From Prevotellaceae bacterium (GTDB taxonomy: Bacteria > Bacteroidota > Bacteroidia > Bacteroidales > Paludibacteraceae): a stretch of DNA of 64,000 nucleotides. The stretch spans positions 6,135-70,134 of the forward strand of contig JACJXJ010000004.1 of assembly GCA_020636695.1 (NCBI GenBank), in the 5' to 3' direction. The notes below the pieces were generated by a model. The model saw nothing but the letters and a program-made list of their open reading frames with translations. It ran no database searches and had not been told where the DNA came from. This document shows positions 40,253 through 52,354 of this stretch, one piece after another (within the stretch, counting starts at the first letter, position 1; each line of letters starts with the position of its first letter). A program made the translations under genes and the position numbers.

Positions 40253-40322
40253 CAGAACATTACAGCGTATGTAAAGTCACTTCAAAAGAAGCAATTTCGC
40301 ATACGTATTTGACACAAATTGC

Positions 40323-41255
40323 ATGGAACAATCTGACCTTATAGAAAAAATAAACCTATTGCGCAAGGAAAAGAATGCAGTTATTATGGCGCATTACTAT
40401 CAAGAAGGCGCGATACAGGATATTGCTGATATGATTGGCGACAGTTTGGCTTTGGCTCAATGGGCTACCAAAACCACGGCCGACATTTTGGTGGTTTGCG
40501 GTGTTCATTTTATGGGCGAAACGGCCAAAATTTTATCTCCTCACAAAAAAGTACTGGTTCCCGATATGAATGCAGGATGTTCGTTAGCCGATAGTTGTAA
40601 AGCGGAAGATTTTGAAGCATTCATAAAACAGCATCCCGGCCATACCGTTATTTCGTATGTTAACACCACTGCGGCAGTAAAAGCCCTAACGGACGTTGTA
40701 GTAACATCGACTAATGCGCGCAAAATAGTAGATCAATTTCCACAAGATGCTAAACTTATTTTTGGTCCAGATCGGAATTTAGGCGATTACATCAATAAAA
40801 TAAGCGGACGTAATATGGTACTTTGGAATGGCGCTTGTCACGTGCACGAACAATTTTCAGTAGAACAGCTCGTCTCACTAAAAAAGCAGTATCCTGATGC
40901 CAAAGTGTTAGCACATCCTGAATGTAAAAAAGTGGTATTAATGTTGGCTGATTATATCGGCTCTACACAGGCCTTATTAAATTATGCCACCGAAAGTAAC
41001 GACACCACTTTTTTGATTGCCACCGAAAGCGGCATTATTCATGAAATGCAAAAACGCAATCCGAGCAAAACGTTTATTCCTATTCCACCAGTAGACAGCA
41101 CGTGTGGATGTAATAATTGCCAATATATGCGTCTAAATACATTAGAAAAAATTTACGATTGTTTAAAAAACGAAACACCCGAAATTTTAGTAGACGAAAC
41201 CATTCGTGTAAAAGCCGTAAAACCGATTTTGAAAATGCTTGAAATGAGTAAATAA
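40323..41255 (+). CDS. nadA: quinolinate synthase
   Basis: AHYYQ, VHFMGETAKIL and the three cluster Cys residues (MNAGCS, GACHVHE, CGCNNCQYM). Confidence 0.93.
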   Translation: MEQSDLIEKINLLRKEKNAVIMAHYYQEGAIQDIADMIGDSLALAQWATKTTADILVVCGVHFMGETAKILSPHKKVLVPDMNAGCSLADSCKAEDFEAFIKQHPGHTVISYVNTTAAVKALTDVVVTSTNARKIVDQFPQDAKLIFGPDRNLGDYINKISGRNMVLWNGACHVHEQFSVEQLVSLKKQYPDAKVLAHPECKKVVLMLADYIGSTQALLNYATESNDTTFLIATESGIIHEMQKRNPSKTFIPIPPVDSTCGCNNCQYMRLNTLEKIYDCLKNETPEILVDETIRVKAVKPILKMLEMSK

Positions 41256-41275
41256 TACAACCACATAGTGTCAAT

Positions 41276-41310
41276 AAAAAAGGATGATTCAATTGAATCA
41301 TCCTTTTTTA
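41276..41310. terminator. bidirectional intrinsic terminator (nadA / kdsD)
   Basis: AAAAAAGGATGATTCAATTGAATCATCCTTTTTT hairpin. Confidence 0.8.
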
Positions 41311-41332
41311 TTTAGTTTTCTTATAATAGTAA

Positions 41333-42300
41333 TCAATAATGTTTAGCAAAGCCATACACATGGTGAATATGCAAAATGCCAATAATTGGCGCATCATCCA
41401 CCTCTTTTTCGACTACTGCTAACGTGGTAATTTTATAACGATCCATAATTTCCAAAGCATCATTCACCATCAACGAGGCCTCAATGCGTTTAAAACTATG
41501 ACTCATAAAATCGGCTGCCCTTAAATTTTGAAAATCCGTATATTTTTGAGTCGCACGACGAATATCACCATCAGTTATAATGCCCGTAACTTTGCCCGCT
41601 TTATTACAAACCATGGTAATACCAAGGCGTTTTAAACTCACTTCGGCTATCACATCTTTAAATGAAGTGGATTCGCTGACCATTGGCACAATATCTGTCA
41701 TGCAATCACGCACCTGAGTCAACATACGACGTCCCAATGCACCACCAGGATGATATAAGGCAAAATTTTCAGGTTGAAAATTACGTTTTTCCATCAAACA
41801 AACGGTGAGCGCATCGCCCATAACTAAAGCCGCTGTAGTTGAAGTAGTAGGAGCTAAACCAATTTTACAAGCTTCGCGTTGCACACCGACATCTAATACA
41901 TAATCGGCTTGTTTAGCTAAACTGGAGTTCACGTCACCTGTGATAGCGACCAATGGGCAAGCCAGTTTTTTAATTGTTTGTACAACATTTAAAATTTCTT
42001 CGGACTCACCACTATTTGAAATAGCAATAACTACATCACCACGCGATACAATACCCAAATCGCCATGTAATGCCTCAGCTGCATTGATAAAAATGGCTTG
42101 TGTTCCAGTAGAAGCTAATGAGGCAGCAATTTTTTTACCAATGATACCTGTTTTACCAATACCCGTAATCACAACCTTACCAGTATGCGTATAAATAAGT
42201 TCAACAACTTGATTAACCTCATCGCCGATACGATCAGCCACCCGTTGAATTTCATTTATTTCAACTTGAAAACTTCCTTACTACGTGCTACAAAATCCAT
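41333..42300 (-). pseudogene. kdsD: arabinose-5-phosphate isomerase (KpsF/GutQ/KdsD; SIS + 2 CBS), frame broken near 42263
   Basis: SIS motif GIGKTGIIGKKIAASLASTG and two CBS domains. The N-terminal 18 codons (MDFVARSKEVFKL...) rejoin the frame if TTGAA is read as TTGGAA. Confidence 0.8.
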
Positions 42301-42303
42301 AAC

Positions 42304-43148
42304 TTATAAATTTTTAGTGATGGCATCAATGGCTTTAGCGCGCTCCAAAATAGGTTTAATAGTACTTAAACGCAACTGATTAGCGGCATCGGAAAATGCT
42401 TTATCGGGATCTGGATGTACTTCTGCAAATATGGCATCAACACCAACAGCCAAAGCCGCATTGATTAAATAGGGAGCCATATCACGATTTCCACCTGTAG
42501 TTGAACCATTGCCAGAAGGTTTTTGTACCGAATGAGTGGCATCAAATACCACAGGATAACCAAACGTGCGCATTTCCACTAAACCTGTCATATCGACCAC
42601 CAAATTATTGTAACCAAACGAAGAACCACGTTCACATAACATGACATTATGATTCCCCACCGATTCCATTTTTTGGATGACTTGTTTCATATCCCAAGGT
42701 GCCATAAATTGACCTTTCTTGACATTTACAATCTTGCCTGTACGACCAGCTGCCAATAATAAATCGGTTTGGCGTGATAGAAACGCAGGAATTTGTAGTG
42801 CATCAACCACTTCGGCCACAGGAGCACATTGCCAACTTTCGTGCACATCTGTAATCAGTGGCAAATCGAGTTCGGTTTTTACTTTTTGCAAAATACGCAA
42901 ACCTTCGTCCATACCAACACCGCGAGGAGAATCCAACGACGTACGATTGGCTTTATCAAAAGAGGATTTGAATATTAAATGGATACCTAAATCCAAACAA
43001 ACTTGTTTTAGATTTTCGGCTACCTGCATTATCATCCGTTCACTTTCGATGACACAAGGACCCGCAATGAGCGTAAAGGGCGTCCACTTCCTATGTCGAA
43101 ACGATTGGAAACGGAAACAGAATTAACTGTTTGTGTGAGAAGCGTCAT
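42304..43148 (-). pseudogene. kdsA: 3-deoxy-8-phosphooctulonate synthase, frame broken near 43077
   Basis: [17 protein letters not shown] and FDATHSVQ motifs. The N-terminal piece MTLLTQ...IGSGRP rejoins as [13 protein letters not shown] if CCTTTACG is read as CCTTTTACG. Confidence 0.85.
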
Positions 43149-43152
43149 AATT

Positions 43153-44487
43153 TTAGTTTGCGCGATAAACCTCTACCCAATCAACTTGCATAGTGCCTTC
43201 GCCACCTTTTTGTTTGCTAGAAATAAATGAATTTAACATAGGGAATAGAGGCTCTGCAGGAATGCCATCAGTGGTACGGAACACTTCCACATTATTGATA
43301 TACCAAATGAGTTCTTTCGGTGTCCACTCTAATGAATAGATATAATAATCACCAACATTTAATCCTGTAACTTTGGTAGATGTATATTTCTTTTCAAATT
43401 TGGTAGCCCAATGCGTACCAACTTCAATACTTTTACCATCGCATACACAAACATTAACATGTGGTAATTGGTGAGTTCCAGTCAACCAAAATGCATGGGT
43501 TAAATCTTTTCCTGCAAAACGAATTTTAGCACGAAAAACACCACCTTGTTGACAAATAGCATTGGTTCCATGTAACACGTCGGAAGTATATTCAAATTGA
43601 CGATTAACAAATCCACGCGTTTTGTCCCAAGCTAACGCTAACTTACGTTCTTTACGTGTGTGAATATTCAATTCACCAGCATATACGCTCACGTTATTAC
43701 CATCATTATTAGCCTGTTTTTCATTAGTAAACGAGTGGTTTCCAACCAATTTATCACTCACATAATTAAAACCGCTTTCCCAATTAGACGCATTCAACGT
43801 GTTCCAATCAAACGCATCAGAAAATGCTAAGGTGTATTGACGCATACGTGTAAACTTAGAGGCATCAGTCTTTTCAAAGAACTGAATATCTTCGTTTTCT
43901 GACAATTCCAAATAGCGTTTTTCTTCAATATATTCTGGCGTTTTTTCCCAACGTTTAGGATCTGCCCAAAAATCGTTTGCTTCTTTAAATTCTGGCGTTG
44001 ATACTTTTTGACGTAACTCCTCAAAGCCTTTGATAATATACGAGTTATGAAAACGCATATAATTTTTATACGCTTTCGATTGTTCAAAATCGTGCAGGCG
44101 TTTTAATTCTGGCGATTTCTTAACTTCACTCGATTTACCTAGAAGTTCATATTGAGGTGTTGCTTTGAAGGCCAAATAATCTTTTAAAGTTTGACTTTTG
44201 AGCGTTTCATAGTACAACACGATATTTTTATCGTTAGTTAAGCGATTAAATTTCCGCGTATCGTGACACTCCTTGGTATCTTTATACTTGCGACTTGTCA
44301 AGGTTTTTTTCTTTTCCTTGAAATCTGCTGATTTTACACGGTGAAATAATTCGCGGTATTCTGCCAATTCTTTCGATTGTTCTACACTCACATAACGTTT
44401 GTACTCTGCTGTTAATGCGGCATAATGTGCCTCCATTTTAGCAGTACTCTGCATGCGTCCAAAAATTCGTTGCCAAAAAAGATTCAT
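43153..44487 (-). CDS. GH16/ConA-like beta-sandwich protein with helical N-terminal repeat region; catalytic motif absent
   Basis: The C-terminal ~210 aa show the GH16 pattern (HAFWLTG, YYIYSLEWTPKELIWYINN, MQVDWVEVYR). The ExDxxE position reads PHVNVCVCD. No signal peptide. Confidence 0.55.
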   Translation of the reverse strand: MNLFWQRIFGRMQSTAKMEAHYAALTAEYKRYVSVEQSKELAEYRELFHRVKSADFKEKKKTLTSRKYKDTKECHDTRKFNRLTNDKNIVLYYETLKSQTLKDYLAFKATPQYELLGKSSEVKKSPELKRLHDFEQSKAYKNYMRFHNSYIIKGFEELRQKVSTPEFKEANDFWADPKRWEKTPEYIEEKRYLELSENEDIQFFEKTDASKFTRMRQYTLAFSDAFDWNTLNASNWESGFNYVSDKLVGNHSFTNEKQANNDGNNVSVYAGELNIHTRKERKLALAWDKTRGFVNRQFEYTSDVLHGTNAICQQGGVFRAKIRFAGKDLTHAFWLTGTHQLPHVNVCVCDGKSIEVGTHWATKFEKKYTSTKVTGLNVGDYYIYSLEWTPKELIWYINNVEVFRTTDGIPAEPLFPMLNSFISSKQKGGEGTMQVDWVEVYRAN

Positions 44488-44556
44488 AATATTGATTTGA
44501 GTTTAAAGTTTTATCGTACTAATCATTGATATTCGTTCTAGTTCTTACATGAACTT

Positions 44557-45105
44557 TTACACATTTTCTGCGTGTTCTGTCAACCACGCAGTACATTCCT
44601 GAGCGGATTGACACATGTGTAAACCTGCTTCACGAGCTTTATAGCCTAAGCCTTCGGCTGTCATACGGTCGATTTGCTGCAATAAGCCAGCAAAATAATC
44701 ATCGGAATTGACCAAAATGGTTTGTTTATCGTGGTAACCTACCATGCCGGATGCTACTACATCGAACAATTCATCGAGTGTACCAAAACCGCCTGCTAAA
44801 ACCACAAAAACATCGGCATATTCTTTCATGAGTTCCTTACGTTCACTCATGGTTTCTACTTGAAATGTTTGTGTTGGCAAGTCACTTTTTCGTCCTTTCT
44901 CTACAATTAAATCGGGTACTACACCAATAATTTCACCACCTAATTCGTGCGTAGCTTCAGCCACGGCATCCATCAATCCGCCAGTAGCACCGCCATAAAT
45001 CAGCGTGTGACCATTCTCTGCAATAAACTGACCTATTAGACGCGCTTCTGATTTAAAAGCATCACTCACTTGAGAACTAGAAGCACAAAATACGCAGATA
45101 TTCAT
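44557..45105 (-). CDS. LOG family / TIGR00730 Rossmann-fold nucleotide-binding protein
   Basis: ICVFCAS, LIYGGATGGLM and the PGGFGTLDE-type motif (LAGGFGTLDELF). Confidence 0.85.
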   Translation of the reverse strand: MNICVFCASSSQVSDAFKSEARLIGQFIAENGHTLIYGGATGGLMDAVAEATHELGGEIIGVVPDLIVEKGRKSDLPTQTFQVETMSERKELMKEYADVFVVLAGGFGTLDELFDVVASGMVGYHDKQTILVNSDDYFAGLLQQIDRMTAEGLGYKAREAGLHMCQSAQECTAWLTEHAENV

Positions 45106-45210
45106 GAGATAATTGTAAAAAAAGATAAATAGAAACAGATAAAGTCACCATTAGAACGCACAAATGTACACAATTGTATGCAAATTTCAAAAAAAAGCGT
45201 TAAAAACTGC

Positions 45211-46675
45211 TTAAATTTCGCCTGACACGATTTTTGCATGCATCGCTGCTGCGGCTTTTCTACCGTCACCCATAGCTAAAATAACGGTTGCTCCACCACG
45301 CACAATATCGCCACCAGCGAAAATGGTTGGAATGGAACTTTGCATATTTTCGTCGGAAACCAAAATAGTTCCTTTTGAAGAAACTTCAAGTCCATCGACC
45401 GAACTTGGCACTAACGGATTAGGAGAAACGCCCACGCTCACAATCACTTCATCCACATCTACCCACTCTTGTGCGCCTTTAATTTCCACAGGTTTACGAC
45501 GACCAGAAGCGTCTGGCTCACCAAGTTCCATTTTTTGCAGTAACATGGCCGTTACACGTCCTTTTTCATCGCCACGGTATTCCACTGGATTATGCAAAGT
45601 TAAAAAGTCAATGCCTTCTTCTTTGGCATGCTTCACCTCTTCGAGGCGAGCGGGCATTTCCTCTTCTGAACGACGATAGACAATCATAGCACGTTCGGCA
45701 CCAAGTCGACGCGCTGTACGCACCGAATCCATAGCCGTATTACCGCCACCAATGACCGCCACATGTTTGCCTTTCAAAACTGGTGTATCGGTATCATCGC
45801 TTGCGGCGCCCATTAAATTAACACGGGTTAAATATTCGTTGGACGACATCACACCAATCAAATTTTCGCCCTTAATATTCATAAAGTTAGGAAGTCCGGC
45901 TCCACTCGCTACAAACATAGCTCGAAAACCGTCTTCCTTTAAATCGTCGAAACTAATGGTTTTACCCACAATGCAGTTTTTGATGAATTTAACACCCATT
46001 TTGGCTAAATTCTCAATTTCCACATCCACAATATGGTTTGGCAAACGAAATTCAGGAATACCATATTTCAAAACACCACCAATTTCGTGCAAGGCCTCAA
46101 AAACTGTCACATCATAACCAAGTTTAGCCATATCGCCCGCAAACGACAAGCCCGCAGGTCCTGAACCAACAGCGGCTATTTTAATACCATTTGGTTGTGC
46201 TATTTCTGGCACACTCATTTGTCCACTTTCGCGTTCGTAATCGGCAGCAAAACGTTCCAAATGTCCAATAGCCACAGCCGGTTTATTCATTTTTAAGTGA
46301 ATACATTTCGCCTCACACTGTTTTTCCTGTGGACAAACACGTCCACACACAGCAGGCAAAGCCGATGTTTCTTTCAAGGTTTTGGCAGCTTCGAGCACCT
46401 CGCCAAGCTCAATATGTTTAATAAATTGTGGAATATTGATAGATACAGGACAACCTTAACACATTGTGGATTAGCACAATCAAACAGCGTTTAGCTTCTT
46501 GCATCGCCTGTTGTAAGGTCAATCCTTGATTCACCTCTTCACTATTATGACAACGATAGTCGCCCGATAACTCGTTCATATGAACGCGCTCGATAGCGGT
46601 ACGTTCTTTCGGATTCATCGATTTGCGCAACGTTTCGCGCCAAACTTCATTTCTTCCTTTTTCTTCCATTTTCAA
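45211..46675 (-). pseudogene. NADPH-dependent glutamate-synthase-small-chain-like oxidoreductase (NfnB/SudA type), 2 indels near 46455 and 46480
   Basis: FAD/NAD GxGxxG motifs (VGSGPAGLSFAGD, VIGGGNTAMD) and an Fe-S Cys region. The N-terminal piece rejoins as RCLDCANPQCVKGCPVSINIPQF if one G is restored in each of TTGAT and AAGGT. Confidence 0.8.
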
Positions 46676-46679
46676 TTAA

Positions 46680-47490
46680 CTATTTCTGTTCTTTAGCTAC
46701 TTGTTCCTCATCACGATAAGCACCCAATCGCATAATCATCTCGTCGAAATCAACTTGATGTGCATCGAATTCTGGTCCATCCACACACACAAATTTAGTT
46801 TGTCCACCTACCGAAATACGACACGCGCCACACATACCTGTGCCATCAACCATAATCGTGTTCAGCGAAGCCACAGTTGGCACTTCATATTTTTTGGTTA
46901 ATTGCGACACAAATTTCATCATCACAGCTGGACCAATAGTTACGCACAAATCTACCTTTTCGCGGTTGATAACCGATTCAACACCAGTTGTTACCAAACC
47001 TTGTCTGCCATAAGAACCATCATCAGTCATCACAATTACTTCATCAGAAAAAGCACGCATTTGTTCTTCTAAAATCACCAATTCTTTGGTACGAGCGGCC
47101 AATACAGTAATACACGATTGCCAGCTTTTTTCAAAGCCGTAACAATTGGCAATAACGGAGCCACACCAACGCCACCACCAGCACATACAACCGTTCCGAA
47201 ATTTTCGATATGGGTAGCTTTTCAAGTGGTCCGACTAAATCGGTCACTTCATCGCCAATATTTAACGAACATAATTTAGTAGAAGAAACACCCATTTTTT
47301 GAACCACCAAAGTAATGGTGCCTTTTTCTAAATTCGAATCGGCAATAGTCAAGGGAATACGTTCTCCTTTTTCGCCCACTTTTACAATCACAAAATGACC
47401 CGCTTTGCGCGATTTAGCGATAAGCGGCGCCTCTATTTCAAGACGCACAACATTGGGAGAAAAGTAAGATTTATCTACAATTTTACTCAT
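46680..47490 (-). pseudogene. sulfide/dihydroorotate-dehydrogenase-like FAD/NAD-binding subunit (NfnA/SudB type), 2 indels near 47110 and 47224
   Basis: RIPLTIAD FAD motif. The reconstructed GPLGKATHIENFGTVVCAGGGVGVAPLLPIVTALKKAGNRV appears after restoring G in CTTGAA and A in GTATTAC. C-terminal 2Fe-2S Cys cluster (CGACRISVGGQTKFVCVDGP). Confidence 0.8.
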
Positions 47491-47527
47491 AGTTAGCAAC
47501 TAAAATTTAAACTTATCAATGAAGGCT

Positions 47528-47535
47528 CAAAGGTA
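47528..47535 (-). promoter_or_regulatory. -7 box TACCTTTG for the nfnA/nfnB-like pair
   Basis: Exact TAnnTTTG match on the minus strand, about 38 nt upstream of the ATG at 47490. Confidence 0.5.
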
Positions 47536-47551
47536 CAAAAAAAGAGAAGAA

Positions 47552-47588
47552 AAATCCCCATTTTTGCAAAAAACAAAAACGGGGATTT
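47552..47588 (-). terminator. possible terminator after the lolD-like gene
   Basis: AAATCCCC/GGGGATTT stem (8 bp, 21-nt loop) followed on the minus strand by a long T-rich run. Confidence 0.45.
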
Positions 47589-47612
47589 AAAGTCATTTCA
47601 ATGCGTTCATTT

Positions 47613-48266
47613 TCAAACATTTTCAACAATCAAACCATCGCGCATAGAAACTACCCTATCAGAAATAGAAGCTAATTCCATGTCGTGCGTGACTATTAAA
47701 ATAGTTTGATTAAAATTATCGCGTAAATCGAACAGCAAACGATGTAATTCTTCCTTATTTTTACTATCCAAACTGCCCGACGGTTCGTCGCCAAAATTCA
47801 GACGGTTTATTGATTAACGCGACGAGCCACGGCTACACGCTGTTTTTCGCCACCCGATAATTCAGACGGTTTATGCTGCACACGATCGGTCAATTTGAGG
47901 TAATCGAGCAGTTTACGAGCTTCGGTCTGAGCTTCTTTAAAACTCACGCCCGCAATTAACGCTGGCATCATCACGTTTCAGGTGCTTAAACTCAGGTAAC
48001 TGGTGAAACTGAAATACAAAACCAATATGTTTATTACGAAACAGAGACATCGCTCGTTCGTTCAACCCAAGTACATCGACTCCAGCTATTTGAATCGTTC
48101 CCGTATCCGGTTTATCCAACGTGCCAAGCAGTTGCAATAAAGTGGTTTTACCTGCTCCACTGGGCCCTATAATGGACACGATTTCACGTGGTGCAATATG
48201 TAAATCGACACCCTTCAACACTTGCAGTGTATCAAAACTTTTCGTTATATTTTTTGCAATAATCAT
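47613..48266 (-). pseudogene. LolD/MacB-type ABC transporter ATP-binding protein with at least 4 indels
   Basis: Walker [10 protein letters not shown] lies in the intact N-terminal ORF. Q-loop, signature ([15 protein letters not shown]), Walker B (ILADEP) and H-loop (IVTHD) are all readable but spread over three frames. Confidence 0.75.
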
Positions 48267-48285
48267 AATCTGTAAAATTTAATTT

Positions 48286-49009
48286 TCACTCTTTGGGTAA
48301 AACCAATTGACGAATAATGTGCGATGCTAAATAACAACCAAAAATGGCTGGCATATAAGACACTGTTCCCACATTCGATTTTTTATTTTGTTCGCCTTCG
48401 GTTATCATAACACGTTCAGCAGGAACCACTTCAGCAGAATAAACTACCGTAATCCCTTTACGAACACCCAATTTATGCAGGCGTTTACGAACCATGCGAG
48501 CCAACTTACAATAATCGGATTTTGCGATATCACAAATTTTCACTTGAGCGGGATCCAATTTACCACCAGAACCCATACTTGAAACCGTTGGGATTCCGAG
48601 CAAATAAGCTTGTTGCAACATAAAAACTTTAGGACTCAGCGTATCAATTGCATCAACTCAAATAATCATACTTCGCCATTTTAAGGAGCTCCACAGTGCG
48701 TTCATCGCGCAAAAACTCTGGATAAAGATGTAGTTTTACATCTGGATTTATATCACGTAAACGTGCCGCCAGTACGTCTGTTTTTAATTGTCCCACAGTG
48801 GATGTGAGTGCCACTAATTGACGATTTCGATTCGTATCATTTACCGTATCGCCATCAACCAACGTAAATTCGCCAACACCAGCTCGACAAAGCATTTCTA
48901 CCGCATAAGCGCCAACGCCTCCTAAACCAACAACCATCACATGAGCCTGATGCAACTGCGGCATGCGCTCAACACCAAACATTAACTCTGTACGACTTTG
49001 CCAACTCAT
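48286..49009 (-). pseudogene. tcdA: ThiF-family tRNA threonylcarbamoyladenosine dehydratase, frame broken near 48640
   Basis: VVGLGGVGAY Rossmann motif and NRQ. The DAIDTLSPKV segment is readable in a shifted frame between the two ORFs. SSMGSGGKLDP follows in the second ORF. Confidence 0.65.
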
Positions 49010-49031
49010 TCAATATCAATATATAGAAACG

Positions 49032-49568
49032 TCAATAAATAAACAACCCAAATACAGCCGCCAACACAATCATTAAAATCGGGTGAACTTTCAACCATTT
49101 AGTTGCCACAAAAGCGACAGCAAAAATTATCCAACTCATATAATCGGCACAATGCGGCCCAAAATTTTCCTCATTCATCAATAATAAAGCCGCTGCAGCA
49201 ATTAGTCCAACCACCACAGGACGAAGTCCTTGCATAGCACTATCCACATACTTATTATTTTTCATTTTGGACATTACGCGAGCTATCAACAGCATGATAA
49301 TGAATGACGGCAGCACAATACCTATCGTGGCCACCAGCGAACCAAACACATTGCCCGAAGCCAAATAGCCAGCATACGTGGCGGAATTAATACCAATAGG
49401 ACCAGGTGTCATTTGCGAAACCGCCACCATATTGGTAAACTCCGCCGATGTCAACCAAGCATAATGCTCTACCAATTCAAACTGAATCAATGGCAACATG
49501 GCTGCACCGCCACCAAAGCCAAATAATCCAATTTGAAAAAACGTAGAAAAAAGTTGCCAATATAACAT
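49032..49568 (-). CDS. chromate transporter (CHR) family protein, C-terminal-type half
   Basis: FGFGGGAAMLPLI and MTPGPIGIN motifs, paired with the adjacent half-size CHR gene. Confidence 0.8.
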   Translation of the reverse strand: MLYWQLFSTFFQIGLFGFGGGAAMLPLIQFELVEHYAWLTSAEFTNMVAVSQMTPGPIGINSATYAGYLASGNVFGSLVATIGIVLPSFIIMLLIARVMSKMKNNKYVDSAMQGLRPVVVGLIAAAALLLMNEENFGPHCADYMSWIIFAVAFVATKWLKVHPILMIVLAAVFGLFIY

Positions 49569-49571
49569 AGC

Positions 49572-50144
49572 TTATCTTTTTTTATTTACCTGTTTTGAAG
49601 ACTTATAATCGCGATACAAACGCACCAAAATACCTGCCACGCCAGCCACAAAAATAATCCACACGGGCGACACACCAAAATACCAAATTAAAAAGGCAGA
49701 AACAATTGGAATCCAAACAGTTTTCCAACTCAATTTGGCCGATTTTGCCAAATTAAATACAGGCACAGCAATAAGCGCTACAACCGCAGGGCGCACCGCC
49801 TTAAACATTTTTTGTAAAACTGGTGAATCTTGATATTTAGCCAAAAAGAAAGCAAAAACCAATATAGCCACAAATGACGGCAACGCGGAACCTAAAGCAC
49901 TTACAAAAGCCCCTTTTTTGCCACGCAATTTATTACCTACCAAAATCGAAATATTCACAGCCAAAATACCTGGAGCAGTTTGTGCCATTACAATCATATC
50001 TAGAAATTCTTCGGCAGCAATCCATTTACGATTGGTCACCACTTCGCGTTCTATCAAGGGCAGCATAGCATAACCGCCTCCAATAGTAAAGGCGCCTATC
50101 TTTGTAAACGTTCCAAACAGTTGCCACAATGTAATCATAAGCAC
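49572..50144 (-). CDS. chromate transporter (CHR) family protein, N-terminal-type half
   Basis: FTIGGGYAMLPLIEREVV and QTAPGILAVN motifs. Confidence 0.8.
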   Translation of the reverse strand: MLMITLWQLFGTFTKIGAFTIGGGYAMLPLIEREVVTNRKWIAAEEFLDMIVMAQTAPGILAVNISILVGNKLRGKKGAFVSALGSALPSFVAILVFAFFLAKYQDSPVLQKMFKAVRPAVVALIAVPVFNLAKSAKLSWKTVWIPIVSAFLIWYFGVSPVWIIFVAGVAGILVRLYRDYKSSKQVNKKR

Positions 50145-50203
50145 TTAAAATTAACTAAATCATCCAATTTCCAGCATCAGAAAAACCGTTTTCTTGTGCA
50201 GGG

Positions 50204-50211
50204 CAAAGATA
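50204..50211 (-). promoter_or_regulatory. -7 box TATCTTTG for the CHR pair
   Basis: Exact TAnnTTTG match on the minus strand, about 60 nt upstream of 50144. Confidence 0.45.
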
Positions 50212-50277
50212 ATCATTTTTTTGAGTATTGTTGATAAGTTTTTATAGGTTTTAAGCGGTAAAATCAAATATATTTTG

Positions 50278-50285
50278 TACATTTG
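50278..50285 (+). promoter_or_regulatory. -7 box TACATTTG for gyrB
   Basis: Exact TAnnTTTG match about 58 nt upstream of the ATG at 50344. Confidence 0.45.
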
Positions 50286-50343
50286 TTCGCTTAAAACGCT
50301 TTATCTAAAACTACTACTAATTATCTAATAAATAACATTTTAT

Positions 50344-52300
<1,957 letters not shown>

Positions 52301-52318
52301 TACGCAACTATACTCCAC

Positions 52319-52351
52319 AAAAAAATCCCAGCTTTTAAAGCTGGGATTTTT
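52319..52351. terminator. bidirectional intrinsic terminator (gyrB / repeat-protein operon)
   Basis: AAAAAATCCCAGCTTTTAAAGCTGGGATTTTTT hairpin. Confidence 0.8.
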
Positions 52352-52354
52352 TAT

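Noticed and set aside
40264-40312. A CATACGT/ACGTATG motif shared by the nadA 5' UTR (as a 6-bp inverted repeat) and the nadB upstream region (about 56634-56640), considered as a candidate NAD-regulon operator.
   Set aside because: Only a 6-7-nt match between two regions of 100-200 nt, which is expected by chance. It bears no resemblance to operator motifs I can name with confidence.
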